From Squalus acanthias (lineage: Eukaryota), in assembly GCA_030390025.1 (NCBI GenBank), contig CM059431.1:150352001-150416000 (forward strand): 64,000 nucleotides of DNA. Direction: 5' to 3'. The translations under genes and the position numbers were made by a program. Shown here in pieces: positions 35,822-48,248 of the stretch; within the stretch, counting starts at the first letter, position 1, and every line of letters starts with the position of its first letter. A model generated the notes under the pieces. That model searched no databases. It was not told the DNA's origin and saw only the letters and a program-made list of their open reading frames with translations.

Positions 35822-36677
35822 CTAGACAGGTTGGGTGAGTGGGCAGAAGCGTGGCAGATGCAATATAACGTGGATAAATGCGAGGTTATCCACTTTAGTG
35901 TCAAAAACAGAAAGGCAGACTATTATCTGAATGGCAATAGATTGGGAGAAGGGGAAGTGCAACGAGACCTGGGTGTCCTTGTGCACCAGTCGCTGAAGGT
36001 AAGCATGCAGGTGCAGCAGGCGGTGAAGAAGGCAAGTGGTGTGTTGGCCTTCATAGCAAAAGGGTTTGAGTATAGGAACAGGGATGTCTTGCTGCAGTTG
36101 TACAGGGCCTTGGTGAGACCACACCTTGAGTGCTGTGTGCAGTTTTGGTCGCCTTATCTGAGGAAGGATGTTCTTGCCATGGAAGGAGTTCAGCGAAGAT
36201 TCACAAGGCTGATACCTGGGATGGCAGGAATGACCTATGAGGAGAGATTGGGTCGATTGGGCTTATACTCGCTGGAGTTTTGAAGAATGAGAGGGGATCT
36301 CATTGAAACATATAAAATTCTGACAGGTCTGGACAAACTAGATGCAGGAAGAATGTTCCCGATGGTCGGAGAGTCCAGAACCAGGGGTCACAGTCTAAGG
36401 ATAAGGGGTAAGCCATTTAGGACAGAAATGAAGAAGAATTTCTTCACCCAGAGAGTGGTGAACCTGTGGAATTCTCTACCACAGAAGGTAGTTGAGGCCA
36501 AGTCATTAAATATATTCAAGAATGAGTTAGATATATTTCTTAAAGCTAAAGGTATCAAGGGATATGGGGAGAAGGCAGGTACAGGGTACTGAATTTGGAT
36601 GATCAGCCATGATCTCATCGAATGGTGGAGCAGGCTAGAGGGGCCGAATGGCCTACTCCTCCTATCTTCTATGTTTC
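35822..36677 (+). mobile_element. CR1 3' end (family of 30590-32497)
   Basis: ORFs 35813-36283 and 36287-36592, separated by one stop codon. Confidence 0.93.
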
Positions 36678-36949
36678 ATCTCCCCCTTTTACCAAAGAAA
36701 TGCACAAAAGGGTTAAAGTACTGATGCTTGTGTCGTGTGAATATGAGTAGCGAGATTACTTGTCCAAGCACGGTGTCTGTTGCTCATTCTGTATCTACTG
36801 ATCAGGAATGCAATTCACCACATGTGGCTAACGCACTGGCCAGTGCTGGCTGGTGGAAACTACTCTATTGTTGCATCTGCACACGCACCAGGAGCAATGC
36901 TGGGGGAGGTCGGCCAGTGAGGTGGAGAAATGGAACGTTAAAAGATAGG

Positions 36950-37200
36950 ACTCTTATTGATGTACAGTGCCTTTCACGACCCCCGGGACGTCCCAAAGCC
37001 CTTCACAGCCAGTCAGGTACTTTATTAGCGGTGTAGTCACTGCTCGAATGTAGGGAAACACGGCAGCCAAATTGCGCACAGGAAGCTCCCACGAAAAAAA
37101 TGACGAGATTGTTTGTTTTTGTTTGTGATGTCAGTTGAGGGATAAATATTGGCCCAGAACTCCCTTGCTCTTCTTTGAGATAATAGTTCTGTAAATTTCA
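36950..37200 (-). mobile_element. Deu-domain SINE 3' fragment
   Basis: gggacgtcccaaagc...cggcagccaaattgcgcaca. Confidence 0.7.
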
Positions 37201-37204
37201 TAGA

Positions 37205-39020
37205 ATCATAAGAACATAAGAAATAGGAGCAGGAGTAGGCCAATTGGCCCCTCGAGCCTGCTCCGCCATTCAATAAGATCATGGCTGATCTGATCCTAAC
37301 CGCCAATCTACTATCACAGAACCATCTGCTGAACCTAACAGAATTGGACACATGAAATAGGAGCAGGATCAGGCTACACGGCCCCTGGGCCCGCTCCGCT
37401 ACCCACAGGGCCATGACCGATCCGAACCTAGACTCATGTCCAAATTCCTGCCCGCTCCCCGTAACCCTTAATTCCCTTTACTTCTAGGAAACTGTCTATT
37501 TCTGTTTTAAATCTATGTAATGATGTAGCTTCTACAGCTCTTTGGGGCAGCATATTCCATGGACCTACCACCCTCTGAGTGAAGTAGTTCCTTCTCATCT
37601 CAGTTTTGAAAGAGCAGCCCCTTATTCTAAGACTATGCCCCCTAGTTCTAGTTTCTCCCATCATCGGGAACATCCTCCCCGCATCCACCCGATCCAACCC
37701 CTTCACAATCTTATATGTTTCAATAAGATCGCCTCTCATTCTTCTGAACTCCAATGAGTAGAGTCCCAATCTACCCAACCTCTCCTCATACGTCCATCCC
37801 CGGGATTAACCGAGTGAACCTTCTTTGTACTGACTCGAGAGCAAGTATGTCTTTTCTTAAGTATGGACACCAAAACTGTATGCAGTATTCCAGGTGACCA
37901 ATACCTTGTACAACTGAAGCAATACCTCCCTATTTTTATATTCTATCCCCCTAGCAATGAAAGCCAACATTCCATTGGCCGCCTTAATCACTTGCTGCAC
38001 CTGCATACTAACCTTTTGAGTTTCGTGCACCAGGACCCCCAGATCCCTTTGTAGTTCAGTACTTTCCAGTTTCTTGCCATTTAGATAATAACTTGCTCTA
38101 CTATTTTTCCTGCCAAAGTGCATAACCTCACACTTTCCAGTATTGTATTCCATCTGCCAAATCTCTGCCCACTTACTTAGCCTGTCTATGTCCCCTTGCA
38201 GATTTTTTATGTCCTCCTCACTCACTACTTTCCCTCCCATCTTAGTATCATCTGCAAACTTTGATATGTTACACTCGGTCCCTTCCTCCAAATCGTTAAT
38301 AAAGATTCGATAGCAAAATACTGCGGATGCTGGAAATCCGAAATAACAACAGAAAACGCTGGAAAAACTCAGCAGGCCAGGCAACATCCGTGGAGAGAGA
38401 AAGAGAGTTAACGTTTCAGGTCGAAACCCTTCGTCGGAACTGAGAGAGCAAGAAATAAACAGATAAAAATGCAAGGGGGAGGCTGGGGGGAGGAATAAAA
38501 GAACAAACGCGATGGTCTTTAGTGAGTAGAGACATTGAGAGATGCTCAAGGCAAGACGAGATGGTAATGGGACAGGTTGAGAAACAAAAGGTAAGGTGTG
38601 AAATGCTGGCAGAATCAGAGACAGCTGCCGTGGGGGGAGAGAGAGAAAAAAAGGAAAAAGGCACGGACCAAAAGAGTGGATAAAATGTATACATATGTGG
38701 TAGGGGCCGGGGTTATGATATGAAATTGTTGAACTCGATATTGAGTCCGGAAGGCTGTAAAGTGCCTAAACGGAAGATGAGGTGCTGTTCCTGGAGCTTA
38801 CGCTGCACTTCCGTGGAACAATGCAAGAGGCCGAGGACGGTGAGGTCTGAGTGAGCGTGGAGGGGTGATATAGATTGTAAGGAGTTGGGGACCCAGCACT
38901 GACCCCTGTGGAACACCACTAGATACTGATTGCCAGTCTGAGAATGAACTATGTATCCCAACTCTCTGCCTTCTGTTAGATAGCCAATCCTCTATCCATG
39001 CCAGAATATTACCCCCAATC
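37205..39020 (-). mobile_element. CR1 (doubled-tail family) RT/3' end, split by a Penelope insert
   Basis: GVPQGSVLGPQLLTIYI | FINDLEEGTECNISKFADDTK continues across 38308-38867; ORF 37434-37778. Confidence 0.9.
38308..38867 (-). mobile_element. Penelope-like element 3' end (second family) with degenerate hammerhead motif at 38406-38441
   Basis: HSDLTVLGLLHC..QRKLQEQHLIFRLGTLQPSGLNIEF resembles a PLE GIY-YIG C-terminus; imperfect TSD ataaagatt/atatagatt; minus strand AGTT-CCGACGA-A-GGGT-TTCG-ACCT-GAA-ACGT-T-AACT. Confidence 0.82.
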
Positions 39021-39500
39021 ATAGAATTACACAGCATAGAAGGAGGCCATTCGGCCCATCGTGTCTGTGCCGGCTCTTTTGAAAGAGCTCTCCAATTAGT
39101 CCCACTTCTCCCCTGCTCTTTCTCCCATAGCCCTGCAATTATTTTTCCTTTCAAGTATTTATCCAATTCTATTTTGAATGTGTTACTATTGAATCTCCTT
39201 CCACCACCCTTTCAGGCAGCGCATTCCAGATCATCGTAACTCGCTGCATTTAAAAAAAAAAGGTTTGCTCATGTCGCCTCTGGTTCATTTGCCAATCGCC
39301 ATCAATCTGTGTCCTCTGGTTACCGACCCTTCTGCCACTGGAACCAGTTTCTCTTTCTCTACTCTATCGGAACAGTTCATGATTTTGAGCAACGCGATCA
39401 AATCTGCCCCATACCACCTCTGCTCGAAGGAGAACAACCCATGCTTCTCCGGTCTCTCCGTGTAACTGAAGTCCCTCGTCCTCGGCTACCATTCTGGTAA
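39021..39500 (-). mobile_element. CR1 3' end (other family)
   Basis: Degenerate ORF2 C-terminus; gatgggccgaatggcctccttct tail. Confidence 0.75.
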
Positions 39501-39603
39501 ATGTCCAATGAAGTACTACTTTTTTTTTGGAAGTGTAGTCAACTGTTGTAATGGTGGGGGAACGCGGCAGCCAATCTGTAGAGGTCAGTGAAGGGGTTCG
39601 GCC

Positions 39604-40555
39604 TAGACAAGGGAACTGGATGTAATATCTCCAAGTTTGCAGACGACACAAAACTGGGTGGGCGTGTGTGGTGCGAGGAGGATGCCGAGAAACTCCAGGA
39701 TGATTTGGACAGGTTGGGTGATTGGGCAGAAGCGTGGCAGATGCAATATAACGTGGATAAATGCGAGGTTATCCACTTTGGTGTAAAAAACAGAAAGGCA
39801 GATTATTATCTGAATGGCAATAGATTGGGAGAAGGGGAAGTGCAACGAGACCTGGGTGTCCTTGTGCACCAGTCGCTGAAGGTAAGCATGTAGGTGCAGC
39901 AGGCGGTTAAGAAGGCAAATGGTATGTTGGCCTTCATAGCGAGAGGGTTTGAGTACAGGAACAAGAATGTCTTGCTGCAGTTGTACAGGGCCTTGGTGAG
40001 ACCACACCTTGAGTACTGTGCAGTTTTGGTCGCCTTATCTGAGGAAGGATGTTCTTGTCATGGAAGGAGTTCAGCGAAGATTCACAAGGCTGATACCTGG
40101 GATGGCAGGAGTGACGTATGAAGAGAGATTGGGTCGATTGGGCTTATACTCGCTGGAGTTTAGAAGAATGAGAGGGAATCTCATCGAAACATATAAAATT
40201 CTGACAGGTCTGGACAAACTAGATGCAGGAAGGATGTTCCCGATGGCGGGGAGTCCAGAACCAGGGGTCACAGTCTAAGGATATGGGGTAAGCCATTTAG
40301 GACAGAAATGAGGAAGAATTTCTTCACCCAGAGAGTGGTGAACCTGTGGAATTCTCTGCCATGGAAGGCAGTAGAGGCCAATTCATTAAATATATTCAAG
40401 AAGGAGTTGGATATATTTCTTAAGGCTAAAGGGATCAAGGGATATGGGGAGAAAGCAGGGACAGGGTACTGAATTTGGATGATCAGCCATGATCGCATTG
40501 AATGGCGGCGCAGGCTAGAGGGGCCGAATGGCCTACTCCTGCTCCTATCTTCTAT
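39604..40555 (+). mobile_element. CR1 3' portion (family of 30590-32497)
   Basis: CNISKFADDTKLGG... through to the terminal hairpin; stop at 39891. Confidence 0.93.
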
Positions 40556-40999
40556 GATTCCATGAACCTGCTGTGACTATTATGGCTGCGTTCCTGCCAA
40601 TGTGCAGGCTCCTGTTTTGTAAAATACACAGCCCCGGGATCGTCTCGGTCGGCGACTGCCAGGGACTCGGGTGCCAGATTTCGAGCTCTGTGTGGCGTCG
40701 AGCAGGGAGCGGGACAAATTGCAGCGAGACCATCTTGGATTACATACAGAGCAGGAAGGGTGAAACAGGGGGGGCTCTGGCATGCCCAGTGCACCTCTTC
40801 CCCGAGCCCCTCAATTAACTCTCTTTGCCCCTCTCGAGTCCATTGACAGCATTTCGGATTGTTCCGAGCCAGCAAGGGCCGCATCAAGATCTTGCATTGA
40901 CCCAGCCCCTTTCAACATAGGAAAACGTTCCAAAGTGCTTCACAGCCGCATAAATCAGACAAAAACGGACTTTGAGCCATATAAGGAGCTATTAGGAAA

Positions 41000-42265
41000 G
41001 GAAAATGTTATGTTGGCCTTTATTGCAAGAGGGTTGGAGGATTACATAGGATATACGGCACAGAAACAGGCCGTTCGTCCCAACCAGTCCATGCCGGCGT
41101 TTATGCTCCACTCGAGCCATCTCCTGTCTTTCCTCATCTAACTATCAGCGTAACCCTCTATTCCCTTCTCCCTCATATGCTTGTCTAGCCTCCCCTTAAA
41201 TGCATCTATACTACTCACCTCAACTATTCCCTGTGGTAGTGAGTTCCACATTCTCGCCACTCTTTGGGTAAAGAAGTTTCTCCTGAATTCCCTATTTGAT
41301 TTCTTGCTGACTATCTTATATTGATGGCCTCTAGCTTTCCTCTTCCCCACAAGTGGAAACACTTCCTCTGTATCAACTCTATCAAAACCTTTCAGAATTT
41401 TAAAGACCTCTATTCGGTCACCCCTCAGCCTTTTTTCTAGAGAAAAGAGACCCAGCCTGTTCATCCTTTCCTGATATGCATACCCTCGCATTTCTGGGAT
41501 TATCCTTGTAAATCTTCTCTGCACCCTCTCCAGTGCCTCTATATCCTTTTTATAATATGGCAACCAGAACTGTACGCAGTACTCCAAGTGTGGTCTAACC
41601 AAGGTTCGATACAGGTTTAGCATAACTTCCCCACTTTTCAATTCTATCCCTCTGGAAATAAACCCTAGTGTTTCGTTTGCTTTTTTTATGGCCTTGCTTG
41701 AGTATAAGAGTGAGTGAGTTTTTGCTGCAATTATATTGGGCTTTGGTGAGACCGCACCTGGAGTATGGTGTACAGTTTTGGTCTCCTTACCTGAGGAAGG
41801 ATATATTTACCTTTAGAAGGGGGTGCAATGAAGGTTCACTAGACTGATTCCTGGGATGAGAGGGTTGTCCGATGAGAGATTGAGTAGAATGGCCTATACT
41901 CTCTGGAGTTTAGAAGAATGAGAGGTGATCTCATTAAAGGGTAGATACGGAGAGGCTGTTTCCCCTGGCTGGAGAGTCCAGAACCAGGGGTCAGAGTCTC
42001 AGGATAAGGTGTCGGCCATTTAGGACTGACACGAGAAATTTCTTCCCTCAGAGGGTTGTGCATCTTTGGCATTCTCTACCCCAGAGTGCTGTGGATGCTC
42101 AGTCATTGAGTATATTCAAGATTGAGAGATTTCTGGGCGCTAAAGGTATCAAGGGATTATGGGGATAGGACGGGTAAGTGGAGTTGTTAGATCAGTCATG
42201 ATCTTATTGGACGGTGGAGCAGGCTCGAGGGGCCGTATGGCCTACTCCTATCTTGTATGTTCTTG
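41000..42265. mobile_element. CR1 (+) split by CR1 (-, about 41041-41697)
   Basis: MLAFIARGLE|YKS.. continues across the insert; ORF 41138-41641 on -. Confidence 0.82.
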
Positions 42266-42269
42266 TGAG

Positions 42270-42660
42270 AGAGGTGGGTATTAAGGAGCATCTTGAAAGA
42301 GGAGAGTGAGGCGGCGAGGTTTAGGGAGGAACTGCGCAAGAGGCCCGAATTGGAGGAACGCAGAGATCTCGAGAGGTTTGGAGGGCTGGCGGAGGTTGAA
42401 GCGATGGGGAAGCAGAGAGTGAGGCCATCGAGTGAGATTTAAACAGGAGGATGAGAATTTTAAATGGGAGGTCTGCGTGTACAGCGGGACGTTGGGTGAG
42501 CGGGACTTGGTGAGATGCGAGTTAGGGTACGAACCCCAAGAGTTTTGGATGAGCTGGAGTTTATGGCAGGTGGAGGCTAGGAGGCCGGCCAGGAGAGCAT
42601 TGCAATAGTCAAGTCTAGAGGTGACAGAGGCATGGATGAGGGTTTCTCATGCCTCTGGTC
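42270..42660 (-). mobile_element. L2 3' fragment
   Basis: Reverse of [20 protein letters not shown]2 text. Confidence 0.75.
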
Positions 42661-42724
42661 ATTTCCCTGTACTCTCAGTACACACACACACACCCTGCAC
42701 CCTCTCCGAGGCCTTGACCGCCTT

Positions 42725-43428
42725 CCCTTGCTGCAGTTATATAAGGCATTGGTGAGACCGCACCTGGAGTACTGCATACAGTTTTGGTGTCCATACTTAA
42801 GAAAAGACATACTTGCTCTCGAGGCAGTACAAAGAAGGTTCACTCGGTTAATCCCGGGGATGAGGGGGTGGACATATGAGGAGAGGTTGAGTAGATTGGG
42901 ACTCTACTCATTGGAGTTCAGAAGAGTGAGAGGCGATCTTATTGAAACATATAAGATTGTGAAGGGGCTTGATCGGGTGGATGCGGTAAGGATGTTCCCA
43001 AGGATGGGTGAAACTAGAACTAGGGGGCATAAGCTTAGAATAAGGGGCTGCTCTTTCAAAACTGAGATGAGGAGAAACTTCTTCACTCAGAGGGTAGTAG
43101 GTCTGTGGAATTTGCTGCCCCAGGAAGCTGTGGAAGCTACATCATTAAATAAATTTAAAACAGAAATTGACAGTTTCCTAGCAGTAAAGGGAATTAGGGG
43201 TTACGGGGAGCAGGGCAGGAAATTGGACATGAGGCTGAGTTTGGATCGGTCAGCGCCCTGTGGGTGGCGGAGCGGGCCCAGGGGCTGAGTGGCCGGGTCC
43301 TGCTCCTACTACTTGTGTTCTTTAGATTGGAGGTTAGGATCAGATCAGCCATGATCTTATTGAATGGCGGAGCAGGCTCGAGGGGCCGATTGGCCTACTC
43401 CTGCTCCTATTTCTTATGTTCTTATGTT
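42725..43428 (+). mobile_element. CR1 3' end, doubled-tail family
   Basis: ORF 42632-43288; diverged hairpin about 43241-43320, then canonical hairpin about 43330-43428. Confidence 0.92.
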
Positions 43429-43429
43429 C

Positions 43430-44970
43430 CCAAAGTCTGGTGCCCAGAATTGGAGACAATACTCTAGCTGGGTCACTAACCAATGTCTTATAAAGCTTTG
43501 GCATAGCTTCCTTGCTTTTGTACGCTATACCTGTAAAGCCCAGGATCCCATATGCTTTTTTTAAAAAACGACCTTCTCAACTTGTCCCGCCACCTTCAAA
43601 GGCTTGTGTACGTACACCCCCAGGTCTCTCTGTCCCTGCACCCCCTTTAAGATTGTACCATGCACTAGAGGGGGTGCAGAGGAGATTGAGGAGGATGTTG
43701 CCTGGGCTGGGGAATTTTAGCTATGAGGAAAGATTGGATCGGCTGGGGTTGTTTTCTTTGGAACGGAGGAGGCTGAGGGGAGACTTAATTGAGGTGTATA
43801 AGATTATGAGGGGCTTAGATAGAGTGGAGAGGAAGGACCTGTTTCCCTTCGCAGAAGGGTCAATAACCAGGGGGCATAGATTTGAAGTAATTGGTTGGAG
43901 GTTTAGAGGGGAGTTGAGGAGAAATATTTTCACCCAGAGGGTGGTGGGGGTCTGAAACTCACTGCCTGAAAGGGTGGTAGAGGCAGAGACCCTCATCACA
44001 TTTAAAAAGTACTTGGATATGCGCTTGAAGTGCTGTAACCTACAAGGCTACGGACCAAGTGCTGGAAAGTGGGATTAGGCTGGAGAGCTCTTTGTCGGCC
44101 GGCATGGACAAGATGGGCCGAATGGCCTCCTTCTGTGCTGTAAATTTCTTTGATTCTATAATGCCTCTCCTCATTCTTCCTACCAAAATGAATCACTTCA
44201 CACTTCTCTGCGCTTAACTTGCACCTGTCACATGCCTGCCCATTTCACCAGTCTGTCTATGCCCTCCAGATATCTAGTTATACAGGGCCTTGGTGAGACC
44301 ACACCTTGGAGTAGTGTGTGCAGTTTTGGTCTCCTTACCTAAGAAAGGATATACTTGTCATAGAGGGAGTGCAGCGAAGGTTCAACAGACTGATTCCTGG
44401 GATGGCAGGACTGTCGCATGAGGAGAGATTGGGTCGACTGGGCCTGTATTCACTCGAGTTTAGAAGAATGAGAGGGCATCTCATTGAAGCGTATAAAATT
44501 CTGACCGGGCTAGACAGACTGGATGTAGGGGAGATGTTTCCCCTGGCTGGGGGGTCTAGAACGAGAGGTCACAGTCTCAGGATACGGGGTAGGACATTTA
44601 GGACTGAGATGAGGAGAAATTTCTTCACTCGGAGGGTGGTGAACCTGTGGAATTCTCTACCACAGAAGGCTGTGGAGGCTAAGTCACTGAATATATTTAA
44701 GAAGGAGATAGATAGATTTCTAGACACAAAAGGCTTCAAGGGGTATGGGGAGAGAGCGGGAATATGGTATTGAGATAGAGGATCAGCCATGATCATATTG
44801 AATGGCGGAGCAGGCTCGAAGGGCCGAATGGCCTACTCCTGCTTATATTTTTCTATGTTTCTGTGTTATCCTCCTCACTGTTTAACCACATTTCCCAGTC
44901 ATCTGCAAACTTTGAAATTATGCCCCTTATGCCAAAAGTCCAGGTCATTAATATATATCAAAAAAAATAC
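43430..44970. mobile_element. Old CR1 (-) split by two CR1 3' ends (+ about 43660-44155; + about 44275-44865)
   Basis: ORFs 43512-43955 and 44318-44773; minus-strand remnants on both sides. Confidence 0.8.
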
Positions 44971-45325
44971 CCGCAGGTCTCTCTGTACTTGCATGCCCCT
45001 CCCCCACCTTTTTAAAAATCGTACCATTTTTTGTACACACATCCCAAGAGTGTTAAAATAAAATCGAAGCTTTTTCGAGAGACGAAATGGTGGTAGATAT
45101 TCACAAGGTGCTGATTGTTCCACAGTGCTCCTCCCAGTGGGGGGTCAGGGCGATGTTATCTGTCAGGTGGGTTATTAACCCGGTGTGGAGCAAGAGTAAT
45201 AAATGAGTCACAATGACTCGCGTTGCTCCCTTGGACTATTAAACTCTGAAACTGCACCTCGCCACGCCTCTCCAGATTGGGTATCGATCGACTTGTTCAA
45301 CAAAAGTAAAATAGAGGGGTCTCGG

Positions 45326-45905
45326 CCCTGGCTCAGCCGGAGGCCTCGGAGTCAGACCGTTCTGGGTTCAAGACCCACTCCAGATACTTGAGCACAAAAA
45401 TCTAGGCTGACACTCCCCAGTGCCAGTACTGAGGGAGCGCTGCACTGTCGGAGGGGCAGTACTGAGGTAGCACTGCACTGTCGGAGGGGCAGTACTGAGG
45501 GAGCGCTGCACTATCGGCGGGGGCAGTACTGAGGGAGCGCTGCACTATCGGCGGGGCAGTACTGAGGGAGCGCTGCACTATCGGCGGGGCAGTACTGAGG
45601 GAGCGCTGCACTGTCGGCGGGGCAGTACTGAGGGAGCGCTGCACTGTCGGAGGGGCAGTACTGAGGGAGCGCTAAACCGGGGCCCCGTCTGCGCGCTCGG
45701 GTAGACGTAAAAAATCAATGGCACTATTTCGAAGAGGAGCAGGGGAGTTATCCCTGGTGTCCTGGCTATTTATCCCTGATCTGTTGTCTGTGGGCGCTTG
45801 CTGGTACTTTGCAACAGTGACTAGACTTCAAAAGTACTTAATTGGCTGTAAAGCACTTTGTGACGTCCTGATGTCATGAGTGGTGCGATATAAATGCAAT
45901 CATTT
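45326..45905 (+). mobile_element. Near full-length tRNA-headed Deu-domain SINE with about 7 copies of the 33-bp unit
   Basis: tggctcag head and gggttcaagaccc B box; array about 45422-45672; body; L2-type tail gcgatataaatgcaa. Confidence 0.88.
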
Positions 45906-46090
45906 ATTTTTACCAGAATGGTATGAGGAGACTGAAAAGGCTGGGGTTGCTTCCTTTAGAGCAGTGAGGGATAAGGGCAGATTTAATAGCGGTGAAATAA
46001 TCACGAGGGTTTGGATAGAGGTGATCAGGAGAAACTGTTTCCAGTGGCAGGAGGGTCGATAACCAGAGGACACAGATGTCAAATAATTGG

Positions 46091-46807
46091 TGTAATATTT
46101 GACCCTGAAATGAGCTTCCGACCACATATCCGCAGCATAACTAAGACCGCCTACTTCCACCTCCGTAACATCGCCCGTCTCCGCCCTTGCCTCAGGTCAT
46201 CCGCTGCTGAAACCCTCATCCATGCCTTTGTTACCTCTAGACTTGACTATTCCAACGCACTCCTGGCTGGCCTCCCACATTCCACCCTACGTAAACTTGA
46301 GGTCACCCAAAACTCGGCTGCCCCGTGTCCTAACTCGCACCAAGTCCCGTTCACCCATCTCCCCCTGTGCTCGCTGACCTACAGTGGCTCCCGGTTAAGC
46401 AGCGCCTCGATTTCAAAATTCTCATCCTTGTTTTCAAATCCCTCCATGGCCTCGCCCCTCCCGATCTCTCTAATCTCCTCCAGTCCCACAGAACCCCGAG
46501 ATCTCTGCGCTCCTCTAATTCTGCCCTCTTGAGCATCCCTGATTAGAATTGCTCCACCTTTGGCGGCCGTGCCTTCTGTTGCCTGGGCCCTAAGCTCTGG
46601 AATTCTCTGCCTAAACCTCTCCGCCTCTCGACCTCTTTCTCCTTTAAGATGCTCTGTCAAACCGACCTCTTTGACCAAGCTTTTGGTCACCTGCCCTAAT
46701 TTCTCCTTGTGTGGCTCACTGTCAAAACTTTTGTTTTTTATACTCCTGTGAAGCGCCATGGGACATTTTACTATGTTAAAGGCGCTATGTAAATACAAGT
46801 TGTTGTT
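46091..46807 (+). mobile_element. L2 LINE 3' end inserted in a CR1 (about 45910-46990); 8-bp TSD
   Basis: GVIFDPEMSFRPHI..TAYFHLRNIARLRP..ETLIHAFVTSRLDYSNALLAGLP; (gtt)n tail; TSD ataattgg at 46083-46090 and 46808-46815. Confidence 0.92.
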
Positions 46808-47514
46808 ATAATTGGCCAAAGTACCAGAGGAGGGAGATGAGTTTTTTTTGAGTTATGATCCAGAACGCGCTGCCTGAAAGGGCGGTGGAAGTAGATTCAA
46901 TAGCAACTTTCAAAAGGGGAATTGGATAAATACTTGAAGGGAATGAATTGGCACGGGCAAAGGCAAGATGGCCTCCTCTGTCTCTGATTCTAAAGAATTA
47001 TTTGCACTTTTACCGCACCTTGCATGACCTCGCAGTCCCAAACCGATTGGCAGCCAATAAAGTCCTTTTCTTTTGGCAGTGTCGTCACTTGTTGGAAACA
47101 CGCCGGCCAATTGGCGCACAGCACGATCCCTTGGCGAAACGCGCCTCTTGGCAGCCAGGGCTCTGAGGCCAACTGGCAGGGAGGAGTCGCCTGGGCTCAG
47201 ACCTGGGGCCTGAGGCACTGCCCCCGGGCAGTGCGCTGACCCACCGCAGCCCCCGGGAGAGCTTGGGGGAGCTGCGTTAATCCGAACCGTTCCCTCCCTC
47301 CCTCACATTGTTGGCTTCTATCCTTCGACCTGTGACCTTTACCCAGTCCTGATAAGATAAGCAGCTCGCCAGCGATCGAATCTCTGGGGCACCTTGCTCG
47401 CTGTTGCCTGGCACCGGCTGACACCCATTGTGTGAGCGCTCGGTCTACTTGGTGACGCTGCAGTTTTATAACTTCACAATTTGCCTTCAGTTCTTTTCAG
47501 GGACTTAGTGCTGT

Positions 47515-47801
47515 GTCTCTCTCTCTTTCTGCCTGCCTGCCTCTCTCTCTCTGTCTCTCTCTCTGTCTCTCTCTCTGTCTCTCTCTCTGTCTCTCTCTCT
47601 GTCTCTCTCTCTGTCTCTCTCTCTGTCTCTCTCTCTGTCTCTCTCTCTGTCTCTCTCTCTGTCTCTCTCTCTGTCTCTCTCTCTGTCTCTCTCTTTCTGC
47701 CTGCCTGCCTCTCTCTCTCTGTCTCTCTCTCTGTCTCTCTCTCTGTCTCTCTCTGTCTGTCTCTCTCTCTGTCTCTCTCTCTGTCTCTCTCTCTGTCTCT
47801 C

Positions 47802-47844
<43 letters not shown>

Positions 47845-48217
47845 GTCTGTCTCTCTCTCTGTCTGTCTCTCTCTCTGTCTGTCTCTCTCTCTGTCTGTCT
47901 CTCTCTCTGTCTGTCTCTCTCTCTGTCTGTCTCTCTCTCTGTCTGTCTCTCTCTCTGTCTGTCTCTCTCTCTGTCTGTCTCTCTCTCTGTCTGTCTCTCT
48001 CTCTGTCTGTCTCTCTCTCTGTCTGTCTCTCTCTCTGTCTGTCTCTCTCTCTGTCTGTCTCTCTCTCTGTCTGTCTCTCTCTCTGTCTGTCTCTCTCTCT
48101 GTCTCTCTGTCTGTCTCTCTCTGTCTGTCTCTGTCTCTCTGTCTCTGTCTCTCTGTCTCTGTCTCTCTGTCTCTGTCTCTCTGTCTCTGTCTCTGTCTCT
48201 CTGTCTCTGTCTCTCTG

Positions 48218-48248
<31 letters not shown>

